Of a stretch of 64,000 bases of DNA, positions 44,958 through 55,160 are shown piece after piece. Within the stretch, counting starts at the first letter, position 1, and the number at the start of each line of letters is the position of its first letter. The DNA is from a virus: the IMG/VR virus record IMGVR_UViG_3300048599_000546, positions 2,147 through 66,146 of that record. One strand, written 5' to 3'. The notes beneath the pieces were generated by a model. The model was not told where the DNA came from. It searched no databases and saw nothing but the letters and a program-made list of their open reading frames with translations. A program made the position numbers and the translations under genes.

Positions 44958-47219
44958 ATGGCCCACTATGCCGATCACCAGCCCGAGCAGTCTTCGCCCC
45001 CGGCGGGGGTGACAACTAACCACTCGACAGGGGACGCCGAACCAGGCGAACTCGGAGCCTGGTCGCTGGAGGAGATCAAGACGGCACTCCATGATGTTCG
45101 CGTTGCGCAGAATCAGCTCAGCGCCTCACTGGAGTCGCTGCTGCAGGCCGTGGATGTGTTCGACCTTGTGGCGCGAGCGAGCGTTATGTACCTCGTGCTG
45201 GATCCGAACAAGTTTGTAGAAGTCGAGTCAGACCGCTCTATGGCGCATGTCGAATACCTTGCCCTCAGGGCGGCTGGCACAGAACGCAGTGACGTCTCCT
45301 CCGACTCAAGCGCTATGGACCGCTATCGGCAGACTACGCAGGCGCTGGGATTGACCCGCGAACTCTTCAGCACTGTGATGACAGGACTGCTCTACGAAGG
45401 ATTCAAGAGTCGCGCCGAAGGGCTCACAGACAGCCACGAATCTCACGCCTTTCGCTCGCGTGCCGATTCACTAACCGTTCGGATGCCTGCGTATCGCGAA
45501 CATGCTGAGCGAGTCATCCGAGGCTGCTTCTCATCGATAGAGGCCGACTGCATTGACCAGCTAGGATTTAGCGCTGGCCACGCTCTTCAGATATCGGCGG
45601 GTATTGTGCGTCTACAGAATCGCCGGCTGAAACCCGTCTTCGCTGCCATGGATCGGTGGTTGGACGATAGTTTCGCCGCGCTCCGGCGCGAGCGCCGCCG
45701 TCCCGGTCGAGCCGATCGACGAATACCGGATGACCTACTGCAACTGGCCCCGAACGAGGCCAAGGCTGCGCTCCGTCGCATGGCTACAGCCGACGCGCTC
45801 GAAGACAGCGCTTCAATTATGTCGGTCACGGCTACCGATGTAGCCGCCGAGTGCGGCCTGTCAGAGACAGTCGCGCTCGCATGCCTATCGGCCTTTGTGT
45901 GCCATTCAGCTGACTATCAGGCGGAACACCATGCACTTCCGAGTGGCGCGCACCCTTTCACTCGACAGCCAATTCTTGAGGCGGGTGGCAGATTTCTTCT
46001 CCCTTGTCCTTCTTCCATGCTTAGCGCCATTCGCCCAAGAGTTGAAGATCTGCTGTCAGCGACCGGGCTCTGGAATCGATACGAGCGAGCCCGAGCTAGG
46101 TACGTGGAGCAGGAGGCAGTGGCCCTACTGGGCGACGCTCTTCCCGGGAGCTCGATATGGACGAACTGTGCATGGACAGCAAGCACAGGCTCGAGCGAGC
46201 TAGACGGTCTCGTGCAAGTAGACAACGTTGTCTTTCGAGTCCAATGCAAGGGAGGGCGGATCTCCGAGCAAGCCCGGCGCGGAGCACCTGGCCGCCTGCG
46301 GCGTGATATCGGCCGAGTCATATCAGACGCAGCCGAGCAGCACACTGCGCTCGATGAGGCGATCCACACAGATGGACTCGACTCGATCGGCCTCGCTGAG
46401 GATGTTGTGACTGCCCTCGGCCAGCCAATCGCCGTCGAGGTGATCGTAACGCTCGACGACGTGACGCCGTGGGCCACGGAGACCCACGAGTTGCAGGAGT
46501 CTGGGTCGATAGCAGCAGACCGGGCGGTGCCATGGGTTCTATCTCTCACGGACCTGATGGCAGTAACGGACCTTCTCGATGGTGCGCAGCTCATCCACTA
46601 TGTGCTCCGAAGACTCCGACTGGAGCGCGACGGGCGGATCGCAGCGCACGACGAGCTTGACTGGGTTGGCTTCTACATTCATGACGGCCTCTACTTCGAT
46701 GGGTACTTCCAAGGAAACGACCCACCGAGCCGGTTCCAACTCGCGCCCTACACGACGGATATCGATGCGTGGTACTTCAGTCGAGCGGGGAGCTTGCCGG
46801 TTCCGGCAGCCAAACCCGAGCAGCAGATCCCGCAGCAACTCGCACGACTCCTCACGCGGCTTGAGCGGGAGCGACCGAACGGATGGATTGTCGCATCTCT
46901 GGCACTCCTTGACGGAGACCACTCCAGCCGCCAGTCATGGGATGCCTTCCTCGTGCAGTTGCCACGCTCCGTTGGCGCAAAGGGCTGGTCGAATGCCACC
47001 CAGGCATTCCCGAACGGGCTTACCCAGACCATCTACGTCGATCACCGCGTCGAAGGCCTGGAGCTGTCCGGAAGCGTCTACCGGTACTTGGCCACACAGC
47101 CGCCCGACCGCCAGGGGCATCGAATTGTGATCGCCGAAGGCGGGGATCGCAGGCTGCGAGTGCTGCTCTCGAAGAGGCTCGGAGCACCTGAGCTCCGGGC
47201 CTTGTTCCTCGACCACTGA
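44958..47219 (+). CDS. Large protein with central PD-(D/E)xK (NERD-like) nuclease domain
   Basis: YVEQEAVALL...SELDGLVQVDNVVFRVQCKG; HDELDW motif; about 753 aa. Confidence 0.7.
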   Translation: MAHYADHQPEQSSPPAGVTTNHSTGDAEPGELGAWSLEEIKTALHDVRVAQNQLSASLESLLQAVDVFDLVARASVMYLVLDPNKFVEVESDRSMAHVEYLALRAAGTERSDVSSDSSAMDRYRQTTQALGLTRELFSTVMTGLLYEGFKSRAEGLTDSHESHAFRSRADSLTVRMPAYREHAERVIRGCFSSIEADCIDQLGFSAGHALQISAGIVRLQNRRLKPVFAAMDRWLDDSFAALRRERRRPGRADRRIPDDLLQLAPNEAKAALRRMATADALEDSASIMSVTATDVAAECGLSETVALACLSAFVCHSADYQAEHHALPSGAHPFTRQPILEAGGRFLLPCPSSMLSAIRPRVEDLLSATGLWNRYERARARYVEQEAVALLGDALPGSSIWTNCAWTASTGSSELDGLVQVDNVVFRVQCKGGRISEQARRGAPGRLRRDIGRVISDAAEQHTALDEAIHTDGLDSIGLAEDVVTALGQPIAVEVIVTLDDVTPWATETHELQESGSIAADRAVPWVLSLTDLMAVTDLLDGAQLIHYVLRRLRLERDGRIAAHDELDWVGFYIHDGLYFDGYFQGNDPPSRFQLAPYTTDIDAWYFSRAGSLPVPAAKPEQQIPQQLARLLTRLERERPNGWIVASLALLDGDHSSRQSWDAFLVQLPRSVGAKGWSNATQAFPNGLTQTIYVDHRVEGLELSGSVYRYLATQPPDRQGHRIVIAEGGDRRLRVLLSKRLGAPELRALFLDH

Positions 47220-47238
47220 CCTTTGTTGGGCCAGTGCG

Positions 47239-49794
47239 TCACCAACCCACTTCCACATCGGGCTCGGCGTCGTGGTCGATGCCGAGTCGTTGGGCACGCG
47301 TTTGCTCGAGCGCGTTGGTGAGCACGTCGCGCGGTTCGCGTTCTTTGCGGAGGTGTTTGGGGATGTGGGCTTCGGGATCCGGAGCGGTGGAGACGGCATA
47401 GATCCGGTTCGACTCCCGGCCGCGCGAGAGTCCGACGTAGCCGGACTCTCGGTAGAGCTCGTCGCTGCCGAGCAGCAGGGCGTGATCGCATGTGATGCCC
47501 TGGGCCTTGTGGATCGTGACTGCGTAGCCGTGACGAACCTGGCCGGCGTCGAGGTACTCGGCCGGGAGCCGCCGTGTCCCGTCGGGGGTGTCCATGGTGA
47601 GCGTTCGCCGCCGGTAGTCGATGTGGGTGATGTCGCCGACGGTGCCGTTGCGCACGTCGAGGCGGCGGTCATTGCGCAGGCACACCACGCGGTCGCCGAT
47701 CTGGAACGGTCGGCCGTCGAGGTGCAGCGGTTCGCCGCGGAGGTGGCCGTGGTCGGCCATGAGCTGGTGCGCTCGCCGGTTGAGGTCGTCGACGTCGCTG
47801 TTGCGGCTCGCCATCATCACCGCCGACGCCCCGCTGCTGCGATGCTCGAACCAGTCGTCGGCCATGCGTTGTCGGACGAGGTCGGCGTTGTTGCCAACGA
47901 CGACACCGTAGTTGGCGGTCATGCGTTCGAGCGCGGCGTCGACGCGTCCGTGGGCAAGGTCGCTGATCGTGTCGCGTTCCCAGCCGACGCGCTGACGCCG
48001 GTTCTCGCTCAGCGTGTGCACGTCGTGGTGCCGGGCGAGGTGGCGGAGGAACCCGCCTGCCTCGATCTCCGGCAGCTGCTTCGGGTCACCGACCAGGACC
48101 ACCTTCGCACCCGCGCTCGCTGCCTGGTCGAGCAGCGGGGCGAGGTCCCGGGTGCCGACCATGCCCGCCTCGTCGATCACGAGCACGCTGCGCGGCCCGA
48201 GCCTGCGTTCGTGGTGGTCGAGTTGGAGGCGGAGTCGGGCGATGGTCATCGACTCGATCCCCGAGCCCTGCTCGAGCTGATGCGCAGCGGACGCAGAGAG
48301 CGCGCAGCCGGTCGTCGTGTAGCCGCTGCGCTGGAACCCGTCGCGGATCGCATCGAGACAGAACGTCTTGCCGGTGCCCGGTCCGGCGACGATCACGCTC
48401 ACGGCGTCGGTGGTGCGACACACCCCGGAGATCAGATCTCGCTGCTCCCCGGACAGCGAGGGTCGTTCCTGGAACACGGACCAGACGATCGACGGCATCA
48501 CCTCCGGTGACCGCTCCCCCAACCTCCGGGCCGCGACCTGGTCGACGAGTCGTTTTTCGAGGTCGAGGAGGTCGACGGTCGAGTAGCACTCGCCCTTCAC
48601 CGGATCCGATCCGAGCGCGACGACCTCGGCCCGTTGGAGGTAGCGATCCGCGGTCGCCTCGAACCAGTCGGCTGGTGGCCCGGGTGGGAGGTGGTCGACG
48701 AGGTGCTGGATGACGTGGCGGCGGTCGAAGCTCGACGCGTGCGCGGTCAGCCCGGCCGCCGAGGACATCACCTCGAACGCCCCGTCGACGAGGTGGTCAG
48801 ACGGCTGGTCAGCCCTGACCACTGCGCGTTCTGTGTCGTGGTCACCTCTGACCACCGACCGTTCTCCGCTGTGGTCAGAGCTGACCATCGACGCGCTCGG
48901 GCACGCAGCGAGCAGATCGCGTTGGGTCCAGCCGATCCCGGCTGTCTCGGCCCGCCACCGGTCGCGCAGCTCGTCGGTGTGCTCGACCCGGCCGCTCTTC
49001 GCCTGGCGCGTGTCGAGCGCGGACACCTCAGCTGCATTCGCCGAGGTGAGACCCCATTCGGCCATGCGGTCCTCGATCGCGCTGCGCCGCTTCGAGAACA
49101 ACTCGCGCACCTCGGCATCGATGCCATCGATGTCGGCGAGCCCGTTCACGACCGGACCCCACTCGACCCCCAGGCGCTGCGCGAGTTCGTGACGGAGCTG
49201 CGCGTCGTACACGTAGCCGGCGGTCTTCATGTGCACCAACAACCCGCGGCCATCCAGCGTCCGCCACCGACCGTCCGCGGCTCGCACCGAGTTCGCGACC
49301 AGCACATGGGTGTGCAGATGCGGATCGCCGTCACGCGAGGTGCGGTGCCGGAACCCCGCCGCGATCAACCCGTCGGCACGGACCCGAGTCGCGCCGCCTC
49401 GGCCGGTGCGAGTGAACCCTGCCCACTCCTCGACGTATCGAAGCCCGACCTTTACCGCCGCCTCGTGCGCTGCCACCACCACCTCGGCGATCTCCGGGTC
49501 GGCGAGACCCCACAGGACGCTGACGGACTTCGGCGCACGGAACGTCAGATCCCACCCCGGCACCGAACGGCCCGACCCGTGATGCAACCCGTCACCCGAC
49601 CGAGGATCGACACCGAGCAGCACCGCCCGAAGATCATCCGGTCCAACCCTGCCCTCCATGCCCAGCAGCCCGGATGACGCGAGCCACTCCCCCGGCGCTT
49701 CGCCCGCACCGGCGTAGTAGTCCTCCACACCAGCCACAACCTGGTCCAGGTAGTAGCCCTCCGACCCGGCGCCCAACCGGTGCACGCTCAACAC
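47239..49794 (-). CDS. MOBF (TrwC-like) relaxase fused to RecD-like helicase
   Basis: GYYL...DYY tyrosines, DLTFRAPKSVS, HRTSRDGDPHLHTH; AGPGTGKT, IDEAGM, GDPKQL, HGYAVTIHKAQG. Confidence 0.95.
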   Translation of the reverse strand: MLSVHRLGAGSEGYYLDQVVAGVEDYYAGAGEAPGEWLASSGLLGMEGRVGPDDLRAVLLGVDPRSGDGLHHGSGRSVPGWDLTFRAPKSVSVLWGLADPEIAEVVVAAHEAAVKVGLRYVEEWAGFTRTGRGGATRVRADGLIAAGFRHRTSRDGDPHLHTHVLVANSVRAADGRWRTLDGRGLLVHMKTAGYVYDAQLRHELAQRLGVEWGPVVNGLADIDGIDAEVRELFSKRRSAIEDRMAEWGLTSANAAEVSALDTRQAKSGRVEHTDELRDRWRAETAGIGWTQRDLLAACPSASMVSSDHSGERSVVRGDHDTERAVVRADQPSDHLVDGAFEVMSSAAGLTAHASSFDRRHVIQHLVDHLPPGPPADWFEATADRYLQRAEVVALGSDPVKGECYSTVDLLDLEKRLVDQVAARRLGERSPEVMPSIVWSVFQERPSLSGEQRDLISGVCRTTDAVSVIVAGPGTGKTFCLDAIRDGFQRSGYTTTGCALSASAAHQLEQGSGIESMTIARLRLQLDHHERRLGPRSVLVIDEAGMVGTRDLAPLLDQAASAGAKVVLVGDPKQLPEIEAGGFLRHLARHHDVHTLSENRRQRVGWERDTISDLAHGRVDAALERMTANYGVVVGNNADLVRQRMADDWFEHRSSGASAVMMASRNSDVDDLNRRAHQLMADHGHLRGEPLHLDGRPFQIGDRVVCLRNDRRLDVRNGTVGDITHIDYRRRTLTMDTPDGTRRLPAEYLDAGQVRHGYAVTIHKAQGITCDHALLLGSDELYRESGYVGLSRGRESNRIYAVSTAPDPEAHIPKHLRKEREPRDVLTNALEQTRAQRLGIDHDAEPDVEVGW
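48806..48887. repeat. Three TGGTCA-N4-TGACCA palindromes at exact 33-bp period inside the relaxase gene
   Basis: Units at 48806, 48839 and 48872; both spacers contain CGTTCT; extra half-site at 48794. Confidence 0.85.
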
Positions 49795-50075
49795 GAGCCG
49801 CCCCCGACGACGGCCGCACACTGCTCTATGACTCGCGCTCTTTCCACAACTCCCTAAGCGCACGCGCCGAGCACCAGCTACACGTCCACCACCACCAAGA
49901 CAGGACCGCCGAGTGCTTGGTCAGGGTCGCGACCACCCCGGGTGCATCTCTGTGGGCTTCGTTGACATCCGCGCGGAGAGCGAGCGGACTGGCGCTCGGC
50001 TCGGCTCGCCTCGCCCGGCGCCGGGGCTCAAGACGCGAACGCTCCGATGTCACACCCTGCTGGTACACCCCTCCC

Positions 50076-51959
50076 ATGGGAAGGGTTCATGGAGAGGGGA
50101 ACGAATCGTTCTGGGACCGTGTCGATGCACGGCAGCTGTTCGCACTCGACACGCTCAGTCCCGACCGTGTCCTCGTCTACATCGAGGAGGGCCAGGCCGA
50201 ACAACTCCGGGCGGCCGCCAAGTCGGGGCAGCTTGTATGTCCAATCCCTGGATGTCCCAACCCAGGATTCACGACAGTCGGCGGTTCCCGGCGTCACCAC
50301 TTCCGTCATCTCGTGAAGGGCGCCCGCTCTCACGGAGGAGAGTCCTTCGCCCACCACACCGCCAAGCACCTCATCGGACTCTGGGCGCGGACCAAGTACC
50401 CAGAGGCCATGGTGAGCGTCGACGACGAGCGGGTTGAGAGCCGGCAGCTTCCGGATGTGCTGATCACGATGGGCGACGGCACCCGCTACGCCATCGAGGT
50501 TCAGTACTCGCCTATGTCGGCGACGGCCTGGTCGGAACGACATCGCGGCTACGTCGACCAAGGCATCCACGACGTCTGGATCCTCGGCCACATCGGAGCC
50601 AACCTGCGCCGGTCACGTCGCGAAGAGAACCTCGGAAACCCGAATCCCGGGCCCCTTCACGCAGCCATCCACCGAGCGGGACTCCCGCTGCTGTGGATCA
50701 ACCCGTTCAAGAGTCTGATCGGGGCGGGACTACTCAGCCTCAGCGACGGCGAACGGCTGGCCACTGCCGACCCCGGGTCCTTCTGGGGCCGGCTCGACCT
50801 TGCGGTCGAGCCTCTAGAGCACCTCCGGCTAGTCCCTGGCGGGGCGACCACTCCCGCACTTGATCGTCACGCTGCCGACGTCGACCGTGAACGACACGAG
50901 CGCGACAGGCAAGACGCCCGATGGGCTCAGCAGGCCCGGCTTGACGAGGATCGACGCCGCCATCAGGCCCAGGAAGAGGCCAAGCGGCAGGAGGCGATAC
51001 GTGCTGCAGCGGAGCGCCGGCAAGCCCTGCACGACGCCAAGGTTGAGGCGTGGGAGGAGTACCGCGAACGAGTTGCGAGCCGACGTATGCGAGGCGGTAT
51101 CCCGGACTTCCTCTCGAAGACCAGCCCCCGAGAAACGACGATCCATGCGCTTCTGCCCGTGCACTGGCGCACCCGCATCTTCCTCGATCATGTCGACGCA
51201 CGAATCGGCGAGACGATCCGATTCTCCGACATCACGGCCCTCGTTGCGGCCGACGAGGACGGCATGCCCGGCGAGAAAGAAGGATTCGTCGCAGACTTCC
51301 TACTGCGGCTACATCGACTCGGGTTCATACGTCTCGACACCGGCGACGAGCGAACAGCGCCGACCGAGTTCGTGGTGCTTGCAGATGTCGACCGACCGCC
51401 GCAACCACCACCGCCACGTCCGCCGAAGCAGCAGATACGGGAACCGGTCCCGTCTCCCCCACCCCGACCAGCGCTGCCTCCCGAGCCGGCTGAACGGCTG
51501 TCACCGCTGCTTCGTTCGTTGATCGGCCTTCCCGGTCGCCAGCGTTGGCAAACCGAAGGACTTGTCTATGTCCGCCGTCGACACCTCCGCCGCGTCCCGG
51601 ACCTGATCTCGGATCGCGGTCCGTACTGCAACGTCCTCAGCGTCTACCCACCGTTGTGGCACCACCTGATCATCAACAAATGCATCGACGGGCGGATCGG
51701 CGAACGCGTCAACGTGTCGACCGCAGCGACTGCACTCGGGTTCGATGCGCAACCGACCCAGAGCGTGGAGCAGGCGATCAGCTGGTACCTCGACGAGCTT
51801 CGACTTTGGGGGCTGCTTCGCGCTGACCACGACGGGAACTACACCGTCATCTCAGATCTGCACTCGCCAGTCCCGAATGCTCGCCTCGGGGCGCGATCGA
51901 CTAGTCCCGCACGGTCACGCCCGACTCGTTCTGGGCGCGAATCACCGGGCTTCCGGTAG
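50076..51959 (+). CDS. CoiA-like PD-(D/E)xK nuclease with long C-terminal extension
   Basis: LVCPIPGC...HHFRH...GESFAHHTAK...LPDV...AIEVQYS...WILG, then a coiled coil and two repeated wHTH-like units. Confidence 0.75.
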   Translation: MGRVHGEGNESFWDRVDARQLFALDTLSPDRVLVYIEEGQAEQLRAAAKSGQLVCPIPGCPNPGFTTVGGSRRHHFRHLVKGARSHGGESFAHHTAKHLIGLWARTKYPEAMVSVDDERVESRQLPDVLITMGDGTRYAIEVQYSPMSATAWSERHRGYVDQGIHDVWILGHIGANLRRSRREENLGNPNPGPLHAAIHRAGLPLLWINPFKSLIGAGLLSLSDGERLATADPGSFWGRLDLAVEPLEHLRLVPGGATTPALDRHAADVDRERHERDRQDARWAQQARLDEDRRRHQAQEEAKRQEAIRAAAERRQALHDAKVEAWEEYRERVASRRMRGGIPDFLSKTSPRETTIHALLPVHWRTRIFLDHVDARIGETIRFSDITALVAADEDGMPGEKEGFVADFLLRLHRLGFIRLDTGDERTAPTEFVVLADVDRPPQPPPPRPPKQQIREPVPSPPPRPALPPEPAERLSPLLRSLIGLPGRQRWQTEGLVYVRRRHLRRVPDLISDRGPYCNVLSVYPPLWHHLIINKCIDGRIGERVNVSTAATALGFDAQPTQSVEQAISWYLDELRLWGLLRADHDGNYTVISDLHSPVPNARLGARSTSPARSRPTRSGRESPGFR

Positions 51960-51969
51960 GTGCGACTGT

Positions 51970-54900
51970 CTAAGCGACCGCCGCGGCAAACGCGGCGTAC
52001 AGGTCGCCCGGCAACAGGACGTCGAGCTCCCAGGTGATCGCCATCGGCTTCTCGCCAACGTGACGTCGGTAGGTGGCGGGGCCGAGGAACCAGAAGGCGC
52101 GGTCGTCGGCTCGTTCACGGGCGAAGAGCAGGATCGTCCGTCCGTCGCGTTCGTGGTTCCGATACCGGAGGCCAGTGGCGCTGTCCTCGCGGGTTGTCGA
52201 CTGGGACTCCCAGTGGATGAGCGATCGGCTAATCGCGTAGTCGCGGTAGCGGGTGGTCGGTGAGAAGCCGCCGCTGCTCTTGTCGAGGGTGAAGGCAAAG
52301 ATCTCGGCATTCGCGGGCTTGGCCTCGTAGACGCCGCTCTGCCAGGCGGCGATCTTGGCTCGGTCGCCGGCAAGTCCCATGGCGGCGAGGATCTCGAGAC
52401 GGCTGTAGCGGGCATGGATCTGCAGCGGAGCGTTCGGATGTGTTCCGAGCGGTTGGTGGACGTGATCGATCCGGCTCTCGAGCACGGCGAGCGTCTCGGC
52501 CAGCTCGGCGAGCACCTGTGGATGTGACCAGACGAGGTCGACGCCGTCGCGCAGCGACGAGTCCTTGGTGAGCGCCTGATCGGCGAGCGCTGCGACGAGC
52601 ATCTGCACCAGCCGTCGCTCCCGCTCGGACACGGCGTTGAGGTCGGGCGCCGGGCCGGCCAGCAGGCGCCGGTAGGTCGCAAGGCGTTCGGTGTCGTCGA
52701 TGTGCAGCAGACGACCTATCGCTCGCCGCAGCGCGATCTCGTGCGGACCCGCGGGCAGCGTCTCGCCACCGGCGGCGTCGACAAGGTCGGACCAGCTCTT
52801 CGAGCCGGCGTAGACGTCGGCGAGGTCGAGACCGGTCTCGTCGAGGTACTCGGCCAGACCGACGCCGGGTCGCTCGCGGCGCAGCGATCGCAACTCATCG
52901 ACCTTCGCCGGCCACCGCGACGGAATGGCCTCGCGCAGGCTCCTGATCACGATCTCGGAGGCCTTCTGGTCGAGCTGCATGTTGCAGCCCGACGGCAGGA
53001 ACGGGAACTGCATCTGCACCGCTCGTTCGACGTCGCGGCGGGTGCCGCCGAGCAGGGCCCGGTAGCGGCGGTCGAAACGGAACTCCTTGCGGTGGGTGCC
53101 GACAAAGTCGATCACCGTGCAGTGCCGCTTCTTCTCCGCTCGGCGCAGACCTCGGCCGAGCTGCTGCAGGAACAGCACCGGGCTCTCGGTGGGGCGCAGC
53201 ATCAGCACGGTGTCGACGTTGGGGAGGTCGACACCTTCGTTGAACAGGTCGACCGAGAACACGACCTTCACGTCGCCCGCCGCCAGGTCGCGCAGCGCCT
53301 TGGCCCGTTCGTCGCGTGGGCTCTCGCCCGAGATCGCCACGGCGGGGATGCCGTGGTGGCTGAAGTGACGGGCCATGAACTCGGCGTGCTCGACGCTCAC
53401 GCAGAACCCGAGGCATCGCATCGAGGTGACGTCGACGTGCTCGTCGACCTGCTTCACGACCAGGCGGGCCCAGGCGTCGGAGCTGGTGTAGCGGTTGGTG
53501 AGCGCCTCGGCCTCGTACCCGCGTCCGCGTCGCCACGGGATGTCGGTGAGGTCGATGCCGTCGTGGATCCCGAAGTAGAGGAACGGCGCGAGGTACTGCT
53601 GGTCGATCGCGTCCCACAGTCGCAGCTCTGCGGCGATGCGGTCATCGAACCAATGCAGGATCTCCATACCGTCGCTTCGCTCGGGTGTCGCGGTGAGTCC
53701 AAGCAGCTCGACCGGGCGCACATGGTCGAGCAGCCGCTGGTAGGAGGTGGCTGCGGCGTGGTGGAACTCGTCGACGATCACGACGTCGAAGTGGTCGGGC
53801 TGCAGGTCGGCCAGGCCGTTGGCGTGGAGGCTCTGGACCGAGGCGAAGACGTGGTCGAACCGTGTGGGGCGAGCGCCGCCGACCCACTTCTCGCCGAAGG
53901 TTGCGTCGCGCAGCGTGTGACGGAACGTTGCCATGCTCTGGTCGAGGATCTCCTCCCGATGCGCGACGAACAGCAACCTCGACCGGTCCAGCTGAGGTCG
54001 CAGGCGCGCGTAGTCGAGCGCCGCCATCACGGTCTTGCCCGAGCCGGTCGCGGAAACGAGCAGGTTGCGGTGGTGCCCTCGTTGCCGTGACACCTCGATG
54101 AGTTCGAGCAGCCGGGACTGGAAGGGCAGTGGGCGGACCTCGATCGGGCTCAGGATCACGTGCGGGCCCGAGTCGGTGCGTCCGGCTCGCTGCTGCTCGG
54201 CGACGAACTGGTCCGGGTCGTAGGGGACGAAGTCGCCGTTGGACCAGTAGCTGTCAAACACCGCGGCGAACTTGCCGAGCACGTCGGGGTTCCGGGCGGC
54301 TGATGCCCGGACGTTCCACTCGACGCCGGTGACCTGGGCGGAGTGCGTCAGGTTGGACGAGCCGACGTACGCGGTGGAGAAGCCGGAGCCTCGGTGGAAC
54401 ACCCAGGCCTTGGCGTGAAGCCGGGTCGTGCTGAGGTCGTACGACACCCGGACATCTGCGCCGAGGTCGACGAGCCGGTCGAGGGCTGCCTGCTCGGTCG
54501 ACCCGGTGTACGTCGTGGTCAACACCCGAAGCGATCGGCCGTTCTCGCAGTGACGGCGGAGGGCGTCGACCAGCGGCGCGATGCCGCTGCGACGGATGAA
54601 GGCCATCACGACATCGATCCGGTCGGCTGACTCGATCTCGGAGCGCAGCTGGCTCCACAGGTTCGGCTCGCCCGGCGCGTTGGTCAGCAGCGTCGTGTCG
54701 AGCAGCGGGATCAGCGGCTGGGCGATCGACTCGGTGCTGCCGTCGGGGAGGCGGCCGAGGATGGCGTGCAGCACGGTTGCCGGATCGGTCGGAGCATCGG
54801 ACGGGTCGACCTCGACCAGCTCACCGAGTCGGTCGAGCAGCGCCCGAGCCACCTCGATACCGACGGCCGCTCGATCCGCTTCGCCGACGTCGTTGAGTGC

Positions 54901-55059
54901 CCGTTCGATCTGGCGGCTCAGGTGCCAGGCGATCCGGTCGGGAGCCTCGGCAGCGTAGAGCGTTCGCTCGTCCGGGACCGCGCCGGCGAGGGCCTGCAGG
55001 CGCTCCTTCAGGCCCTCGGTGACGAGCACCTCGTACAACCCCTCCCTCAGCTCCTCCAC
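51970..55059 (-). CDS. SauUSI-like type IV restriction enzyme (PLD nuclease-SF2 helicase-DUF3427)
   Basis: RLHAKAW...GSSNLT (PLD), SATGSGKT, DEFHH, QQLGRGLR; C-terminal YRDYAISRSLIHWESQS...FWFLG...PMAITW; start uncertain (55059-55098). Confidence 0.85.
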   Translation of the reverse strand: MEELREGLYEVLVTEGLKERLQALAGAVPDERTLYAAEAPDRIAWHLSRQIERALNDVGEADRAAVGIEVARALLDRLGELVEVDPSDAPTDPATVLHAILGRLPDGSTESIAQPLIPLLDTTLLTNAPGEPNLWSQLRSEIESADRIDVVMAFIRRSGIAPLVDALRRHCENGRSLRVLTTTYTGSTEQAALDRLVDLGADVRVSYDLSTTRLHAKAWVFHRGSGFSTAYVGSSNLTHSAQVTGVEWNVRASAARNPDVLGKFAAVFDSYWSNGDFVPYDPDQFVAEQQRAGRTDSGPHVILSPIEVRPLPFQSRLLELIEVSRQRGHHRNLLVSATGSGKTVMAALDYARLRPQLDRSRLLFVAHREEILDQSMATFRHTLRDATFGEKWVGGARPTRFDHVFASVQSLHANGLADLQPDHFDVVIVDEFHHAAATSYQRLLDHVRPVELLGLTATPERSDGMEILHWFDDRIAAELRLWDAIDQQYLAPFLYFGIHDGIDLTDIPWRRGRGYEAEALTNRYTSSDAWARLVVKQVDEHVDVTSMRCLGFCVSVEHAEFMARHFSHHGIPAVAISGESPRDERAKALRDLAAGDVKVVFSVDLFNEGVDLPNVDTVLMLRPTESPVLFLQQLGRGLRRAEKKRHCTVIDFVGTHRKEFRFDRRYRALLGGTRRDVERAVQMQFPFLPSGCNMQLDQKASEIVIRSLREAIPSRWPAKVDELRSLRRERPGVGLAEYLDETGLDLADVYAGSKSWSDLVDAAGGETLPAGPHEIALRRAIGRLLHIDDTERLATYRRLLAGPAPDLNAVSERERRLVQMLVAALADQALTKDSSLRDGVDLVWSHPQVLAELAETLAVLESRIDHVHQPLGTHPNAPLQIHARYSRLEILAAMGLAGDRAKIAAWQSGVYEAKPANAEIFAFTLDKSSGGFSPTTRYRDYAISRSLIHWESQSTTREDSATGLRYRNHERDGRTILLFARERADDRAFWFLGPATYRRHVGEKPMAITWELDVLLPGDLYAAFAAAVA

Positions 55060-55160
55060 CCCGTCCACGCTACGGGCACCTGGGGCTTGCCAACGCACTG
55101 TGGGGGCTAAGCGTCACACCCGGTGCGTACCGTCGACGTCGCATCGAGAAAGGAGCGGCC

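Noticed and set aside
48806-48887. Mini CRISPR array
   Set aside because: 16-bp repeats and 17-bp, partly similar spacers are too short; the array lies in frame in a CDS; no cas genes are seen.
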